Source: Octopus vulgaris (Eukaryota). Taken from it: a stretch of 64,000 bases of DNA. The notes below the pieces were generated by a model. It did not search any database, was not told the origin of the DNA, and saw nothing but the letters and a program-made list of their open reading frames with translations. The position numbers and the translations under genes are program-made. Of this stretch, positions 26,678 to 39,150 are shown piece after piece (the first letter of the stretch is position 1; each line of letters starts with the position of its first letter). The stretch is taken from the NCBI GenBank assembly GCA_951406725.2, contig OX597814.1, positions 48,794,001 to 48,858,000 of the forward strand, written 5' to 3'.

Positions 26678-28304
26678 AAAGGAAAATGACAGAAAGACGC
26701 TTACAGTTGGAGTAGTTCAGACAGTAATCGCTTCTTCAACAGAAGAACATTAAAACGGAAGAGAGTGGTTACGTTCATGAGACATGGTACCTTTGGAGCG
26801 GGAATACTAAAATTATTGTAATTTCCTGTGGTCTGCTTGATGTAAAATATATTCGGAAAGTAAACTGAATGTTTATAGCATATAAACATAATTAAAATAT
26901 ATATTTAGTCACGTTGCAAAGTATATATCAGGATTATATATCATATTTTTCGAGCAACCCATGTGATGACAACCTCGCTATGGGTTTCACAAGTTTGTTG
27001 ATTCCTTTCTCAGACAAAAGCGTAACCGTCACGTGACTTGCTGAAAGTAGTGTAAAGTTACTTATTGATACTGAAAAAAAGACTCTGTTTGAATGTAAAA
27101 GAGATGTAAAAGAGTGGCTATGCTGTGTTAGTTACACAAGCACCCAAAACGTTGGATTCTAAATTTAAAAAGCACTATTGAAGAATAATTCTTGCTAACA
27201 TTAATAAAAAACACACGTACTTCCTTCTGTTACATAAACTATGAGTCACGTCTCTAATTTGCTTATGTGTATTGTGTGTGTGTGTGTATGTGTATTCAAT
27301 GAGTGTTTGCGTGTATAAGTGTGTATATGTGTAGACATGCGCATACACATTATGGCAATTTTTATAAAGGTGCTTGTGTTTATAAGTAAAGATAACATTA
27401 ACATTTGTGCTTATATGAAGCTTATGAAATCATTAACTTATCCAAATATAACTATATTACAGTTATTTTCCTCATTAATTTTATATGTAAACAGCTACAC
27501 GATGAATGTGTAGTATCAAACGTGTAAGAATGTTACATAAATGGTAAACAGTTTCAAAGGAATAAAAAATTTGTAAAGACTATAATCAAGCTTAACATCA
27601 AGTGAGATGAAGTAACATAATAAACAAACTGAATGCTGGAATATCATAATCACAGACGAAAATCTTTTGTTAAAATGAGCAAAATAAAGAATTGCTTTTT
27701 CAAACTAAAGAATGATACAAGGATCTGGGCTGTCTGATTTTATCAACTTATAAAATTGCAGACACTAGCAACATTCTTTTGCAGGTTCTCATGTAAATAA
27801 AATTAAAACTATTGTTGCTTTCATGATGAAACTGCAAATAAAATTAATTGTTTATATATTCAGTCATGTTAAGAAATAGTCAAACGTTAGAGCTAGGTCC
27901 GGTGACTCATGGAAAGTACGGGATTCCTCACGAACGCATTCAATAGTCGTTATTACGAATGTTTGCACTCGTTGAAATCAAGATAATTGAGAGAATCCGA
28001 AGGCGCAGGTTGAAACTGTTGATGTTGAAACTGTCGGTGATATTACTTAAGTGAAAATCAGAGATATCCCTGCCATTATCTGAAAAAATAAACCCATTTT
28101 GGCCAGTTTTCATGCGCACAAGAATCATAGGCCTACCGATTCAAATCCACTGCCAGCAGATTCAACACTCGTCGCAAAGTAGCTGCTCTCTTCGTGATCA
28201 CATGCTATTGATCAATGAGAAACGATCAAGCTAGTGCATAACAAATGTATTGCTTCGTTTGTTCACCAAATATTGCCTAACTGAAGTACGTGTAGTACAT
28301 TTTC

Positions 28305-29036
28305 ATTACTGCTGTTGTTTGCCAACAACAACTTCCGGCGGTATATATTTCGTTTGTCACTGTTATTTATGACATATTTCATCTCAGTTACGTTCGTATG
28401 AATAAACGAGTGTATCTGAAGCACGTTTACTCCATGACACCACCATAATCGTTCGTGCATTTCTACTGCTTTTAGTTTTTTTTCCTGTTTTCCTGAAATT
28501 TTTTGTCCCCTTACCCCTCCCCCTCCAATTTCTTCATTTTTCACTTTTTTCCTAACTCTAACCCTAAAACCCCAACCCTAACCCTAAAACCCCAGCCCTA
28601 CCCTAACCGTAACCCTAAAACCCTAAAACCCTAACCCTAAAACCCTAACCCTAACCCTAAAACCCTAACCCTAACCCTAAAACCTAACCCTAACCCTAAA
28701 ACCCTAACCTTAACCCTAACCCTAAAACCCTAACCCTAACCCTAAAACCCTAACCCCAACCCTAAAACCCTAACCCTATGAAGAAAAGCTAAAACCAGTA
28801 CGAACGCACGAACGATGTCATAAATAACAGTGACAAACGAAATATACACCGCCGATAGTTGTTGACAAACAACAGCAGTAATTTTATTCAGATGAATACA
28901 CGAAATAACTTCGAAAATAGAAACTTTTCTCAACAAAAGATGTTCTATATGATACATTCTACCAGTTTACGAAGTTTCAAAGTGTTTAGTTAAAGAAAAT
29001 TAATTAATCGAGCTGCCCATCAAAAGGAAAAGATCC
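28305..29036. mobile_element. GGATC-terminated fold-back MITE (left arm truncated) carrying a telomere-like array
   Basis: 28305-28375 is the reverse complement of ~28815-28885. The right end ATTCTACCAGTTTACGAAGTTTCAAAGTGTTTAGTTA...GAAAAGATCC matches the ends of 44237-45861. Confidence 0.7.
28550..28778. repeat. Interstitial telomere-like repeat (CCCTAA and CCCTAAAA units)
   Basis: Mixed 6- and 8-bp units, often as the 20-bp unit CCCTAAAA-CCCTAA-CCCTAA. Confidence 0.9.
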
Positions 29037-29319
29037 AGTTAAATTAAAATTTATTAATAGAAATTAAATAGTTAAATATATAAATAGTTAAATATAAAGA
29101 TCTTAAAACCGGAAATAGGTATTCATATATAGGTGAATGGCTTAATAAAATCTAGGAATAATTTAATTTAGGGACATACCAATGCGAAAACAGGTAGAAC
29201 TAAATGATAGGTATTACAGTGAGTTAAGGAATAGCTACAGGTTTGGTTCATCTAGTACAATTAATTCAGTTTAGATGAGAAAAGCTATATATATATATAT
29301 AAGCACGAATGTAAAAAAA

Positions 29320-31200
29320 AAAGTAGAAGCTCAATAAAATATTAAAGGTGAAGACGGAGGTTATAAACCGTTCAGAAACGAACAATCAAAACCGAACTGG
29401 ATTTTAAAGATAAAAACAAAATTAAGAAGCATAAAAAATGTGAAGGAAATATGTCGGAGAAATTTATACCTCAAAATCGTGGCATATTGATGGAGAAAGT
29501 GAAAGTTAAGAAAAAGTATGGATTGATGACAAGAATAGAAAAATACTTTAACGAATCATGCAAAACTGTCAATTTATGGGCAAAATGGAAGGAATACTTC
29601 CAATTAGGAGAGTAGGCTATGGATTCCATAGAATTTCAGGCAAGCAAAGATTCCTTCGAAATGTTTAAGAAACATGCTGGGGTGGGGACTTTGATTAATA
29701 TTAAACTTAATGGCAAAAAGCTAGTGTAAAGAAACTGAAACAGATTATATTAAAATTTTCGTTCGCATTGTTAAAAAAAGAAAGTTCCGGCCACAAACAA
29801 AATAACTAGGGACAGGCTGACACTGTTAGTCTATCACTTTGAAAGTCCTAGAGCAAAGTGGAAAGGTATGCCGTTAGACATTTGGAAAGCAAACATAAAA
29901 AGCTTACGTTACCACAGATATACTGCAAAATTTGTTTAGTATTCATTTTGTTCCTGCAGTTAAATAATATTGTGTCAGGAATAATCTGTCATGACAATGT
30001 TAGTTTAACCCTTTGTGGGCCGGCGGGGTTGGAATTACACAAAAGGCCATTGGGATTCCCTTTCATTTTTGCGAATTTCCGCACTATCTATAAAGTAATA
30101 TTTGTTTAATCTTGTATATATGCGTGAGTGTATGATACAGAACAAGAAATTTAGCACTTTTTTCTTTTATAGTTTTATAAACTATTCATATAACACTAAA
30201 TATAAAATAAAACAAAAAGAATAAAAGGAAAATGTATATCGATTCATATCAGTACAAACACGAAGAAAATTGACTTATAGTTCATCAGAATATCTGAAAA
30301 AAAAGAACAGAAAAAAATAATTTTACAGAAGGCTAATGGTGTCCAGTTGGAACTCAATGGCTATATTTTATGCTATTAACATCCATATGACGAAATTTTA
30401 AACTCAAAATTTGTATGTGCATGCATAAACTATTGACAATAAAAGTCATGAGATATAAAATCATTTAAATAAGAAATGTAAAAGTTACATAACTTTTAAA
30501 ATTTGATGGTGTCCCAAGGGACCCCGCCGGCCCATGAATGGGTAAGATATTAAAGAATTATAATATCTTTATCCTGAAATTAAAGTGGTATTTTAGTCTC
30601 CAAATGTAAGTGATAATTAGCCAATAGATCACTCAGTAATAACAACCTTCAAGAGGTACAATATGTAGGGAGCTGTGATAAAGAAGGGAAGATGGGCATG
30701 ATCTATCCTGGACTGGATACTATATTTGGAGTAATAACAATGATATTGGGGTCTCTTGATATCAAATACCAGAATCTACAAGGCAAGACTGTTGGAAAAA
30801 GTTATGCCAAGATTTAATACCAAATTTTCCAAAAGATGTAATCTTGAGTCTGTCACATAATTTCTTCAGGCTATAAGTCAACATGACTTGCAAGTCACAG
30901 TTTTAGATACGAATTAACTTATTCAGAGACTTTAATCAACAAAATTTCGATAACATATGAGGGAAATAAAAGACGATACTGACAGGAAATCACTTCTATT
31001 TAAGTTTTCACGGTGAAGAAAAAAGGAAAAAGCTTTATACCTTCTACAGTTCTTAAACATTATGGAAGAATATGATCCAGATGTAGAAAGAAATTCACAG
31101 GTCCTTAGAACGATGGACAAAGATACGTTATGTTATTGACAACAAAGCAACGTTCGATTTGTCCCGCTCAGTAAACTCTTGATAATTTTTAACTCGACAA
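29320..31200 (+). pseudogene. Decayed Tigger/pogo-type transposase
   Basis: Fragments LKVKTEVINRSE, ILKDKNKIKKH, VWIDDKNRK, IEFQASKDSFEMFKKHAG (cf. FKASRGWF..FKKR) and EEYDPDVERNSQVLRTMDKDTLCY (Tigger-like C-terminus); many stops. Confidence 0.65.
30009..30542. mobile_element. piggyBac-like MITE nested in the Tigger remnant
   Basis: TTAA|CCCTTTGTGGGCCGGCGGGG ... CCCCGCCGGCCCATGAATGGG|TAAG: CCC..GGG termini and a TTAA-like target. Confidence 0.7.
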
Positions 31201-32535
31201 TATAATTATATCAAATGAATATATGTATGTTCATTACTTAGATTTTACTGTTCTTAATTCTCGTCGTTTTGTGTAATGGGCCAAGTGAATTCATATATTT
31301 ATTCAGTGATTCTGCAGAGGGTATAAGGCGATATAAGGGTTGATACAATTATATTCCCTCTTATGTTTGGGGTATCACAATCCCCTTAGTAATTTACATG
31401 AAAACAAAACCACTTAATATGTGACTCAACATTCATATATTCGCACATTCTTAACTCTCAGGAATGAAAACCTCTAATTAATATGTAATTCAATGATTCA
31501 AGGTTTGGAAATTCAAATTTCATATCAGTTCTCAGGAATGCATCTGGTATGAAAATAGAGGACTGCCAGTATGTATGTTTGCATGCGTGTGTGTGAGTGT
31601 GTGCGTGTTTGTGTGCGTAGGTGTGTGTGTATATGTGTGAGTATGCTATGCTGTGTGTGTGTGTGCGCGTGTGTGTGTACCTACTTACACAAATATATGT
31701 ATGTATATGTATATGTGCTCCGCAGCAATAGTGAAAGAGCTATTCTACCAACACGTACAACTTGAACGACAGTTATCAGCTAATAAAAAAGTTTTGTCTT
31801 ACTTTTGGTAGGATCCTCATACATGCGCGCACACATAAATGTATGCACGTATGCGTACGTATATGAGAAAGATTGAGAGATCGAGAGCTATTTATGAATT
31901 CAGTTATTTATCTCGATCTCTAATTCCCAATTTTAGAACCCTTATTTTTAGTTAGAGACATGTTTTTACTAAACAGTATCAACAAACTAGCTCACATTCG
32001 AAGACCAAACGAAAATACATTTAAGATTTCTCAGTTTTTGCTTGTAGTTTGAACTGTAGATGGTTGACATATGCACACATACACCCATGTATGTATGTAT
32101 GTATGTATGTATGTATGTATGTATGTATGTATGTATGTATGTATGTATGTATGTATGTATGTATGTATGTATGTATAGGTACAAGGGTTATGTTTGTATA
32201 AAATGCTGGTATTTATTTCATCCATTCTAGAGGTATGAAAGATAAATTCAACCTTGATGATTATATGACCTCAAAATAGTGGAGCCCTAAGTTAGCACAT
32301 ACAGAAAGTTTTATTTCCATAAGCCACAAAAAATAAGGTGTTATTGCCCAGGTTACATAAAATGTCCGAATCAATAACTATGGATTAAAGGTTCGGTTGT
32401 TATGTATCTATAGGAAAGTCTAAACATTGTCTGTAATTTCTGGTGGACCCTTTCGAATAGTTGGTTATAATTGCCACTTGATAATTAAATACCGCGATCA
32501 GTGTATCCTTAATGTGTGCTTTGTTACCGTTTAGA

Positions 32536-32757
32536 GTGAAGGCGCGTGGCTTAGTGTTTAGGGTAGTCGGCGTGTTGTGTCCTTGAATGAGACTCTTTAT
32601 TTCACGTTGTCCAGTTCATTCCACTGGTAAAAATGAGTTGTAATTGAAAAGCGCCAACCTGAGAACTACGCTAAGGGCACGCATGTCTATGGAGTGCTCA
32701 GACACTTGCACATTAATTTCAGCTGGAACACTCGCCGTCATAACCAATGGAGAGCCA
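32536..32757 (+). mobile_element. Family C SINE, decayed
   Basis: GGCGCGTGGCTTAGTGTTTAGGG head; tail GAGAACTACGCTAAGGG..GGAGTGCTCAGACACTTGCAC shared with 46570-46920. Confidence 0.7.
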
Positions 32758-32863
32758 GGCCATTATCTTTTATTATTTAGTTGAATTCCTGCTATATGCC
32801 GTGAGAATGTAGCGGGAAATTGCTACAGTTCCCATTGTCAGGTCAGAGTTGTTTAGGCCAATA

Positions 32864-33027
32864 TTGGTTTCAGATTTTGGGACAAGACCAACAATTTTGG
32901 GGAAGGAGGTAAGTCGATTACAACGACCCCAATGCTCAAGTGGTACTTATTTTATTGACCCCGAAAGGATGAAAGGCAAAGTCAACCTCAGTAGAATTTG
33001 AGCTTAGAACGTAAAGACAGACAAAAT
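32864..33027 (-). mobile_element. Family B SINE fragment
   Basis: GACCCCGAAAGGATGAAAGGCAAAGTCAACCTC core. Confidence 0.8.
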
Positions 33028-33676
33028 GTTCAGTTCAATATAAGCCCTGGATCTGAGATTAACTCATAAGCACAGGGAGTATGACATGGTTTAATAAGTA
33101 ATTAGTGAACTTGCATTGACCCTTTGATATGAAATTGCCTGAACCGACTCAGTCCTATGATACAAGCTTCCTGTTTCAAAATTATCTAATTAAAGCCGTC
33201 AATTAAAATTCCATGTTAATTTATGTTCTAAACACCATCTTTATAATGAAAAAGTTACTTAACTAAATTTTTGTCATTCTCAAAATTAACTGAAGCAAAA
33301 TCATTGTATTTCAACTCAAATATGGTAACAAGGAGCTTAAGCTCATCATATGGTTTTACAAAGAATTCCGACAACAACAATGATTTGACAGCAAATTGAA
33401 ATGTTAAATATTATCACAATAATAATCTGCAACGATCAATGTAAGCTATTTTGTCAGTCTTTCTGCAGTCACTCCTTCCTCTCGAAGAAATATCAAACAA
33501 ATCCCTCTCCGTTTCCACTGTGGCATCTTGCAAAAAAAAGGGTAGAAACGAGATTTCAGTGGTGCAGTTTAAATAAATTGTAAAAATGATGGAATGATCA
33601 CGCTTAGAATATCTTTGATCATAAGCCTGCTTGATTAGCATAGACATAGAGTTAAACAACAAGAACAACAAGAACA

Positions 33677-33754
<78 letters not shown>

Positions 33755-34610
33755 GCAGAAACAGCAATGGACCTACAATATTATGAAACGGAACGTTACA
33801 ACAATATCAAATATATCAGCTTATGTAAACAAAAAGGGGGACTTATTTAAAAATATAAAAGCTTTCTTTTGATGTATATGCGGGTATGTGTGTGTGGTTA
33901 ACAGGGGGTATTGAAATGATTAGTTTAATTACTTTAAAATGGATTCTTGTATAAAATTTAAACACCAGTTCTTGTTATTGTTTTTTGTTTTATTTTTTTG
34001 TTTGTTTTTTTTGGTTGTTTTTTTTTTTGGTAATATCAAGTTGTATCAGGTTGGTTTCTAGTTAAGGCTGATGATTATTTTTAATAGAATTTTAAAATGA
34101 AGTGCACACAATTTGAATAATGGCATCATTACTGTAGTCTGGCGACTTCTGCGAAATCATTTACGCTATCATGATTAATTTAGTGAAACATTATTTGTGA
34201 GAACTAAAGTTTTAAACTTACTGCAGGACCTTAGAGACTTCACAACTACATGCATATATTCATACATACATACATACATAATCCATACATAAATACATAC
34301 ATACATACATACATGCATGCATACATACATACATACATACATACATACATACATACATACATACATACATACATACATACATACATGCATGCATACATAC
34401 ATGAATATATCTACGTAGGCATGTATTATGTTTGTATGTATGTATACATATATAAATATGTGGGTGTGTGGTAAGAAACTTACTTCCAAACCACTTGGTT
34501 CCAAGTTCAGTCCCACTGCATGGCACCTTGGCTGTCTTCTACTATTGCCTTAGGCCGACCAATGCGTTGTGAGTGGATTTGGTAGATGGAAACTGAAAGA
34601 TATGTGGCGC

Positions 34611-34662
<52 letters not shown>

Positions 34663-34663
34663 C

Positions 34664-34706
<43 letters not shown>

Positions 34707-34709
34707 TCA

Positions 34710-34890
34710 ATTCGAAAAACAGAGGAAAAGAAAATGAAAAAACAAATAAACGTGAGGACGTAGCAGAAGCAATGTATTAATATGACACTCGGAGAAAGAA
34801 GAGAATTGTTGTTTTACGTTTCAAGCATGGCTCTTCGTCAGAAACAGGAAAGACCAAAAGGAAAGAAGGAAGAAGGAAAAATTGCCAACA
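34710..34890 (-). mobile_element. Family H1 repeat with minimal hammerhead
   Basis: 34811-34845 (-) reads GTTT-CTGACGAA-GAGC-cat-GCTT-GAAAC-GTA-AAAC. Confidence 0.65.
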
Positions 34891-36113
34891 GTCCACGTGC
34901 AGTTACATTTCTGAAGTAGATGGAGGAAAAGAAAGTGCTTTCTAAGACAGGAGAGTGTGAAGATGGTCGGTATGTGTGTGTGTGGCAGTAAGTGCCTGTA
35001 TGTGTGTGCGTGGTAGCGTGTGTGTGTGTGGTGGTAACTGTGTGTGGTAGCGAGGGTGTGGTATTAAAAATGAGAGTAATAACTATGGATAGCCAGTATA
35101 CAAATACAGAGTATATCAAATATCATACAACATAAAGATTAAATCTATTGAAATTGTCTCCGCCTCCAAAAAATATAATTACCAATGGCAATTGAAATCA
35201 GCTTCATACAGGAAGGGGAGATACTCCAAAGAATCAAACTTCTCCAAAGTCGACAAGTCATTAAGGAAAAGGGCAAGCTTTTTGTCTGGACAGTCGTCGG
35301 CAGTGCAAACCTTTATCCGCCAGCCAAGTGACATAACCATGTACAAAAAGTGTAAAGCTCATTTATGGGCAAAATTAAACAAAACTGCGTTAAGAGAAAT
35401 AAATTAGAGTAGCCAATAGCATATATATGAACGACATAGACAAATACAGGTATATCAAATACTATACAGGATAAATTCTTGATTTATAAAAATCATCTCA
35501 TCCTCTCGATGAGGAGGTAATTTTAATTGCCAAGATTCGAAGCGATTACTTACATATTTATTCTTTATACTTTCCGACAGATTTGAATGTAAATATTCTA
35601 ATCTCTGTTGTATTCTAGACTAGCGATTTTTTCCCTGTCAACCCTTTCTGTCGAAGAGCGTAGGCTGGTAATGTCAAAGACTTTTTCATTCTTCCCGAGC
35701 GTCAAACTAGTATACCTGCTTGTTGAGCGCGGGGACGTTGAAATATCCTTAATTGGTGTCAGGGGTCGCGGTAAAACCACTGGGGGTGAGGGAAACTCCA
35801 AGCATATGTCACTGTATCCCTCTAGGAGAACACTGATGTAAACTCGCAGTTTCCCGTGATCATTGGTTATCCCGCTTCGGCCTGTCCCTGGGTACTGCTC
35901 AGAGAGCAGTATTCGTCGTATACAAGGATTTATCACTATAATCATATGATGTACAGATGTCTCTTTATGGTAACCTCATTTATCATCCCACCAACTGAGA
36001 GTCCCTGATTAATAAGATTGATGCGGCTGATACTCATGCTAAACATATGTTGGTTGATGCTTAGGAAAAACAGGCACAAAGAGAAACCCAGTTTTGTGGA
36101 GGAAGTTGTGAAC

Positions 36114-36529
36114 AAGGCGGCGAGCTGGCAGAAACGTTAGCACGCCGGGCGAAATGCTTAACGGTATTTCGTCTGCCGCTACGTTCTGAGTTCAAATTCC
36201 GCCGAGGTCGACTTTACCTTTCATTCTTTCGGGGTCGATAAATTAAGTACCACTTACGCACTGGGGTCGATGTAATCGACTTAATACCTATGTCTGTCCT
36301 TGTTTGTCCCCTCTATGTTTAGCCCCTTGTGGGTAATAAAGAAATAGGTATTTCGTCTACCGTTACGTTCTGAGTTCAAATTCCGCCGAGGTCGACTTTG
36401 CCTTTCATCCTTTCGGGGTCGATTAAATAAGTACTAGTTACTCACTGGGGTCGATGTAATCGACTTAATCCATTTGTCTGTCCTTGTTTGTCCCCTCTGT
36501 GTTTAACCCCTTGTGGGTGGTAAAGAAAT
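36114..36529 (+). mobile_element. Family B tRNA-headed SINE, dimer (full unit plus headless unit) with 12-bp TSD
   Basis: TSD AGGAAGTTGTGA at 36100-36111 and 36530-36541; B box GAGTTCAAATTCC; second unit starts at 36347 with a 184-bp period. Confidence 0.9.
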
Positions 36530-37585
36530 AGGAAGTTGTGAGTGAAATGTCTAGTGTGACATTTCGGAGTTAGACACAGTAGCGTTAATGAGAATTGAAG
36601 AGGTTAGGATAAGCAACAGTGTTACACAGCTCGCTTAACCCAAGAGAGTGTTGCTGTTTCAATAGCTATGGAAGAAACTGAGACAAGAAACAGGGTGTAT
36701 GTAGAATAATGTTGTTGCATGAATCTTTGCCAATCAGACGAATGACTTTCTACTAAATTCAGTATGGCATGTTTGTGCAACAGTAGCATCCCAGACATGT
36801 AAACAGTATAGGGTCAAAAACCGATCGTACTAATGTGTTTTTTTAACCTGAAGAGGAAGTCTAGTCTGTGGGATTGCAGTTTTGACTATGTTATTTATGT
36901 GAGGCTACCGTGAGAGATGATAACAGATAATAAGGCATAGCATTTGTAGTGATATTCAGAGTGGGTATGAGCAGGGAGGATGTAGTGCAAAACTATTTCT
37001 TTGATATGTGTAATGAATGCTTCTTTGTGCTATTGAAGGGGGCTAGTGGGTCACGTCCCCCATTGAAAATATGATTTGAGGTATTTATCTTGGGTGTCGA
37101 TGATGCATGTGTGATGTTAAAATGGAATGAGGGGCAGCGTAATCTGAATAGGAGTATGTGCATGTGGGTGGCGCGAATACGTACGAGTGTGTGTGTGTGG
37201 TATATGTGTATGTGTGTGCGTGTGTGAGTGTATCCGCGTGTGGGTGTGTATGTGCGTGCGCGTGCACGTAAGTCTATGCATGTTTTTGACTAGATGTAGC
37301 ATCAAGTAGGTCATTCTTATACAGAAACACGAGGGCCGAAGTCATAACAGAAGACATAAGTTACACTATACGAAGCCCCGTCAACGCACACTGAGATGTG
37401 TTGTCTAACGGGAAGCTTTTCATCCAAGTGATGAGTGATAGTAACTCATATGCATTCAGCTAAAATTACCGAATTGTGTGGTGTTAAAGGAAACAACTCT
37501 GCCACTCCTGAAGTTCTCGAAGTTGAGAAAGCTCTAAGTCGTACTGGTGGTCATTGAATTGAAAAAGAGTCTCAGGTTGATAATA

Positions 37586-37818
37586 TATTTCTTTATTGCC
37601 CACAAGGGGCTAAACATAGAGGGGACAAACAAGGACAGACAAAGGGATTAAGTCGATTACATCGACCCCAGTGCGTAACTGGTACTTTATTTACCGACCC
37701 CGAAAGGATGAAAAGCAAAGTCGACCTCGGCGGAATTTGAACTCAGAACGTAACGGTAGACGAAATACGACTATGCATTTCGCCCGGCGTGCTAACGATT
37801 CTGCCAGCTCGCCGCCTT
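37586..37818 (-). mobile_element. Family B SINE, monomer
   Basis: Reverse-complement match to 36114-36346. Confidence 0.9.
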
Positions 37819-38116
37819 AAAATGGCTGTTAGCGATTGTTTGTATGCAACATCAGAGGGAATTATTCTCTTACAAATGAGATTCACTGGCGTATTTTCTC
37901 TTATTTTGGAGTAAATACTCGCTGAGACTATAGAGGAGTTTCGTGAATACAAATGCTCTTGTATACAAGTGTTCTATTTGTATGTAAAATTTGGGACACC
38001 GTCAGGGGAGACGAGCTTGTTTTGTCGGATTGATTGAAAACGTTTTCGCATGTGGTGACTACTAAGTGGTGGTGAAATAGGTGAAAAAGCGATTCAAAGT
38101 TTTGAGAGAGGGAGAA

Positions 38117-38193
<77 letters not shown>

Positions 38194-38243
38194 GACAGAC
38201 AAATAGGTAGAGAGACAGACAATTCGTGCGTATGTGTGTGTTT

Positions 38244-38284
<41 letters not shown>

Positions 38285-38569
38285 TGTGTGTCGCGTGCGT
38301 GTGTGTGTTAAGGAGTTCACCTCGTACTGACAATATCCCGGGTTCAATTTGAGTATTTCACGTGATATCTTGGGCTTCAATTTTTTTTTCATAGTCTGGG
38401 GTCTATGTGAGTGAAATTGAGAACAAGAAAATTAAGTGGAATCCTGTCACCTATAATTCAAAGGTCCAATTTTGTCACATATTCTGTTGCGCTGATTCTG
38501 TCGGACAATTGAGTTGATAACTGAGTACTTCACTTGATCAAACAACTGCATACTCATCATCGAAACCGA

Positions 38570-39150
38570 CGGAGATCCATTTACTTATGTAGGATGTATG
38601 GATCTCGAAGAAAAGATAGGTCTACTTCCCGTAAGGTTGGATCATTGTATAGGTCTTAGGATTACTGCATATCTGAGGTCATTTTATATTTTTACAAGTC
38701 CACAATCTATCCTTGTATGAAGTACTGTTGCCATATTCGGGCAGGCGCATAATTTTATTTCTAGGATCCCCTTGACCGGGTTCAGAAGCAAGTCTGTATT
38801 TTGATTGGTCTCTTTCGCTTGCTTCAACTCTTGTCACATCGACATGACGTTGCCAGTCTTAGTCTTTTCTAACGTTATTCACACAGGAAGTGCTCTTTCT
38901 CTTTTAGTTCCAGATCACTTCATGCCATCTCGTCTGACTCGGAACTCACACCGTCTTCATCCAATGGCTGCTCTGCTTCCACGAATAAGGAAGTCTTTCA
39001 ACGATCATAGCTTTTTTCATCGAATTGCTAGACTTTGTCTTATGAACTCAACTATTTCAAGTCTAGATAAATTCATTTCCTTCGTCTTAATTTCTCCTTC
39101 TTCATAGTCCATTACACTATGGCCTCTCGCCTTGCTTGGGACTTTCTTAT
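38570..39150 (+). pseudogene. Decayed CR1-type LINE RT C-terminus and 3' end
   Basis: YKS/TIYPCMKYCCHIRAGA, LDRVQKQ, LSHRHDVASLSLF, SRLTRNSHRLHP, SFFHRIARL; ends in an A-run near 39150. Confidence 0.75.

Larger units (their letters stand above)
35620..38090 (+). pseudogene. Possible highly decayed Penelope-like element interrupted by SINEs and microsatellites
   Basis: Begins with a degenerate H2 hammerhead (35644-35679). Later fragments DNKA..AFVVIFR (cf. ADKGNA.VVMDR) and ALVYKCSIC...GETS (cf. GIY-YIG) are weak. Confidence 0.3.

Noticed and set aside
26704-26864. Possible - strand exon (cattcag|...caact|gtaagc)
   Set aside because: Open frame but unrecognisable peptide; such splice-like pairs arise by chance.
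28550-28778. True telomere or chromosome-fusion site
   Set aside because: Short, single orientation, mixed units, and enclosed by MITE arms.
29320-31200. Fanzor/TnpB or other RNA-guided nuclease
   Set aside because: The fragments match pogo/Tigger motifs; no RuvC or zinc-finger motifs were seen here or elsewhere in the window.
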